From Thermoplasmata archaeon (GTDB taxonomy: Archaea > Thermoplasmatota > Thermoplasmata > Thermoplasmatales > ARK-15), in contig JAVYRZ010000001.1 of NCBI GenBank assembly GCA_038729465.1, forward strand, positions 101,361 through 165,360: a stretch of 64,000 bases of DNA. Direction: 5' to 3'. The notes under the pieces were generated by a model. That model saw only the letters and a program-made list of their open reading frames with translations. It had not been told where the DNA came from and ran no database searches. A program made the translations under genes and the position numbers. Of the stretch, positions 61,735 through 64,000 are shown one piece after another; within the stretch, counting starts at the first letter, position 1; every line of letters starts with the position of its first letter.

Positions 61735-62697
61735 ATGGAAGACTTGTGGGTAGAGAAATACAGGCCAAAAAATCTCAGTGAAGTGGTAGGACAAGATGAG
61801 ATAGTGGCACGTCTGAAGGCTTATGTTGCAGAAAAGAACTTACCGCACATGATATTTTCAGGACCCGCCGGGACTGGAAAAACTACTTGTGCCATAGCTC
61901 TAGCTAGAGAGCTTTATGGAGATCAGTATCGCATGAATTTTTTAGAATTAAATGCAAGTGATGCGAGAGGAATAGATGTTGTTAGAGATGACATAAAGGA
62001 ATATGCAAGATCATCTTCGCTGACAAATGCAGAATTCAAGATCATATTTCTCGATGAGGCAGATAACTTAACCTCTGACGCGCAGTCAGCATTAAGAAGA
62101 ACTATGGAACGGTACTCTCAAACATGTAGATTCATTCTATCTGCGAATTATCCATCAAAGATAATAGAACCTATTCAGTCCAGATGCGGAATTTTCAGAT
62201 TTAAGGCCATTGACAAAGAAATGATAAAAAACAGGATAAAACACATCGCTAAGCTTGAAAAACTAGAAATTACAGAGCCAGCACTGGAAGTAATCGAACA
62301 TCTTTCAGAAGGAGATTTAAGGAGGGCAATTATAATTTTGCAAACTGCAGCGGTATTTTCTAAAAATATAGATGAAACTACAATATATAATGTTACTGGA
62401 AGTGCTAGTAAAAAAGATATTGAAATTTTGATAACTTCTGCATTAAAGGGGGATTTTAGTAAAGCTAGGAACATGCTTGATAAAATGCTTATAAATGGTG
62501 GAGTTACAGCACCTGACCTCATCAGGGGGATACACAGAACTGTCCTAGATCTGACTATTGATGATAGAATAATAATTAAAATAATAGAAAAACTTGGAGA
62601 AATCGACTTTAGAATAAATGAAGGTGCTACAGAAAAGATACAGCTGGATGCGTTACTGGCATATCTTTACTTGATAGGGTCCGAGACAAAGCTTTAA
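61735..62697 (+). CDS. rfcS: Replication factor C small subunit
   Basis: WVEKYRPK, GPAGTGKTT, FLDEAD and SRC motifs, 320 aa, no intein. Confidence 0.95.
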   Translation: MEDLWVEKYRPKNLSEVVGQDEIVARLKAYVAEKNLPHMIFSGPAGTGKTTCAIALARELYGDQYRMNFLELNASDARGIDVVRDDIKEYARSSSLTNAEFKIIFLDEADNLTSDAQSALRRTMERYSQTCRFILSANYPSKIIEPIQSRCGIFRFKAIDKEMIKNRIKHIAKLEKLEITEPALEVIEHLSEGDLRRAIIILQTAAVFSKNIDETTIYNVTGSASKKDIEILITSALKGDFSKARNMLDKMLINGGVTAPDLIRGIHRTVLDLTIDDRIIIKIIEKLGEIDFRINEGATEKIQLDALLAYLYLIGSETKL

Positions 62698-62830
62698 ATG
62701 CAATTTCATACTTTATGGCCCAAGCACTCACAATTAATTTGAAAGATAAGATATACTGAGCGCACTTAGAAGCTAGATCTAAAAAAGATAAAGTTGCATC
62801 TTTTTTAACCTTGCGAGCGAGAATTCCCTT

Positions 62831-62850
62831 GCGTCAGCGAGGGGAGGAGG
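62831..62850. repeat. GC-rich motif pair gcgtcagcg + ggggaggagg; partly forms the hairpin cccttgc-gtca-gcgaggg (62826-62843)
   Basis: Read directly. Both motifs recur in reverse complement at 50927-50946. Confidence 0.85.
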
Positions 62851-62978
62851 TCACTTTACCATGCTTTCAAAGTATATTGATATCACTACAAAATTTTTCA
62901 ACGAATAATTGACAAGATCATCTCTTTGAAAAATATAAATAGTGCCTTAACATAATGGTTTTTATTATAAAAAAATGT

Positions 62979-63051
62979 GCCGCCGTAGCTTAGTAGGTGG
63001 AGCGCTCGGCTGTTAACCGAGTGGTCATCGGTTCAAATCCGATCGGCGGCG
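62979..63051 (+). tRNA. tRNA-Asn (anticodon GTT)
   Basis: Acceptor gccgccg/cggcggc, anticodon stem ctcgg/ccgag with loop ctGTTaa, T arm atcgg-ttcaaat-ccgat. Confidence 0.9.
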
Positions 63052-63104
63052 CCTATAATATCAAAATATATCATTTAATCAAATTTAGCGGGCCGGGATC
63101 AATT

Positions 63105-63710
63105 ATGCAGATTTTGAAAATAAATGAAGATGATATACATATACTAGGAGAGTTTATTAAAAATGACTTTGCGGTAGTTCCTACAGATACATTATATGCA
63201 CTTTCAATTTCTATATATTCAGAAAATGCAGCAAAAATATACAATGTAAAAAACAGATCGGATAATGTACCCGTGCCTATCGCTGTAAATTCTATAGAGA
63301 TGATGTACAATCTGGCAGAAGTGCCGGACCTGGCAATAAAAATTTTAGATAATACCCCAAAAGGAACAATAACATTAGTTTTAAAGAATAAGAAAGTACC
63401 TAGATATTTAGTAAGTGATACTGTTGGTATTAGGATCCCGAATTCTGATGTTATTTCAAAACTTGTAGAGATAGCCGGCCCCATCACTATTACCAGTGCT
63501 AATATACATGGAGGTAAAGCTCCAAATACTTTATCAACAGCTATTGAAGAATTGAAAGATAGGGTGCATATGTTTTTAGATGGTGGTATTTTGTCTGGAA
63601 TACCTTCAACAGTAATTAAAGTTAATGAGAACAATATTGAGCTTGTAAGAGAAGGTGTTTTTGAATTTAAGAAAATCATAAATATTGTTAACGAATATAA
63701 AAGATTATAG
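63105..63710 (+). CDS. tsaC: Threonylcarbamoyl-AMP synthase (YrdC/Sua5 family, YrdC domain only)
   Basis: VVPTDTLYAL, GIRIPN and ITSANIHG motifs. The track ORF start (62997) lies inside tRNA-Asn, so the ATG at 63105 is used. Confidence 0.8.
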   Translation: MQILKINEDDIHILGEFIKNDFAVVPTDTLYALSISIYSENAAKIYNVKNRSDNVPVPIAVNSIEMMYNLAEVPDLAIKILDNTPKGTITLVLKNKKVPRYLVSDTVGIRIPNSDVISKLVEIAGPITITSANIHGGKAPNTLSTAIEELKDRVHMFLDGGILSGIPSTVIKVNENNIELVREGVFEFKKIINIVNEYKRL

Positions 63711-63846
63711 TTAGAAAAAGCGATTATATATACTACTGTATGATAAGATATTAACAATGAAAACTAAGGGATGAAAGGACTTATAAAAATAGGATCATTA
63801 TTGCATTGTTGTTCAAAAAGAAAACACCATTTAATTGAGATGTATT

Positions 63847-64000
63847 ATGAAAGTTAAAAGAACAGAGCAGATCCAGATTTGTGAAAATGATGAACTTCGA
63901 AAACTTACACATCTCTCTAAAAATCTTTACAATAAAGCTAATTATATAATAAGGCAGGAGTTTTTTCATAATAAATGGTGGATCAGATACAATGATCTTG
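63847..64000 (+). CDS. TnpB-like (IS200/IS605 OrfB / IS1341-type) protein, N-terminal 51 codons; continues beyond the window
   Basis: Open frame MKVKRTEQIQICENDELRKLTHLSKNLYNKANYIIRQEFFHNKWWIRYNDL. The L..LS..LYN.ANY..RQ.F pattern is typical of archaeal TnpB N-termini. Confidence 0.5.
   Translation, partial: MKVKRTEQIQICENDELRKLTHLSKNLYNKANYIIRQEFFHNKWWIRYNDL

Noticed and set aside
62997-63104. N-terminal 36 codons of track ORF 62997-63710.
   Set aside because: This part overlaps tRNA-Asn (62979-63051). The YrdC-domain homology starts after the internal ATG at 63105.

Overview
This is a gene-dense, AT-rich archaeal chromosome segment. I call about 65 protein genes on both strands and 4 tRNAs: an intron-containing tRNA-Tyr, plus tRNA-Leu, tRNA-Ala and tRNA-Asn. 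I saw no rRNA and no CRISPR array.

The gene content points to a Thermoplasmata-type euryarchaeon, possibly Ferroplasma- or Picrophilus-like. This is an inference that needs a BLAST check. It rests on:
- the PolD small subunit, RFC, Hel308, PAN and the proteasome alpha-SBDS-Rrp4-Rrp41-Rrp42-L37Ae-RpoP superoperon;
- glycerol-1-phosphate dehydrogenase, archaeosine queC/queD, and bacterial-type gyrase gyrB-gyrA;
- a fused O6-alkylguanine alkyltransferase/endonuclease V gene.

Most of the window is ordinary housekeeping. Three places stand out.

1. **tRNA-Ala integration hotspot (about 44.6-48.8 kb).** A 19-nt direct repeat of the tRNA 3' end bounds a 3.1-kb cargo. The cargo encodes a halocin-C8-like precursor whose C-terminal domain has 10 cysteines, surrounded by five small membrane proteins. 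A frameshifted, truncated tyrosine integrase and an IS transposase fragment follow.
2. **VirB3/VirB4-like membrane ATPase pair (35.8-38.5 kb).** It is packed directly behind purS-purL, with no other conjugation genes nearby. It is convergent with a two-domain KaiC/RecA-like ATPase.
3. **Overlapping four-gene cassette (14.8-16.5 kb).** Its Cas4-like PD-(D/E)XK/Fe-S nuclease is interrupted by a predicted two-helix membrane hairpin and split over two reading frames, with no CRISPR-cas context.

Smaller observations:
- unannotated small Zn-finger ORFs;
- a TnpB-like ORF start at the right window edge;
- GC-rich motifs shared between two intergenic regions;
- a 458-bp extremely AT-rich spacer;
- a long non-AT-rich leader upstream of the gfcR-like gene.

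All functional calls come from motif recognition by eye. No database search was run.
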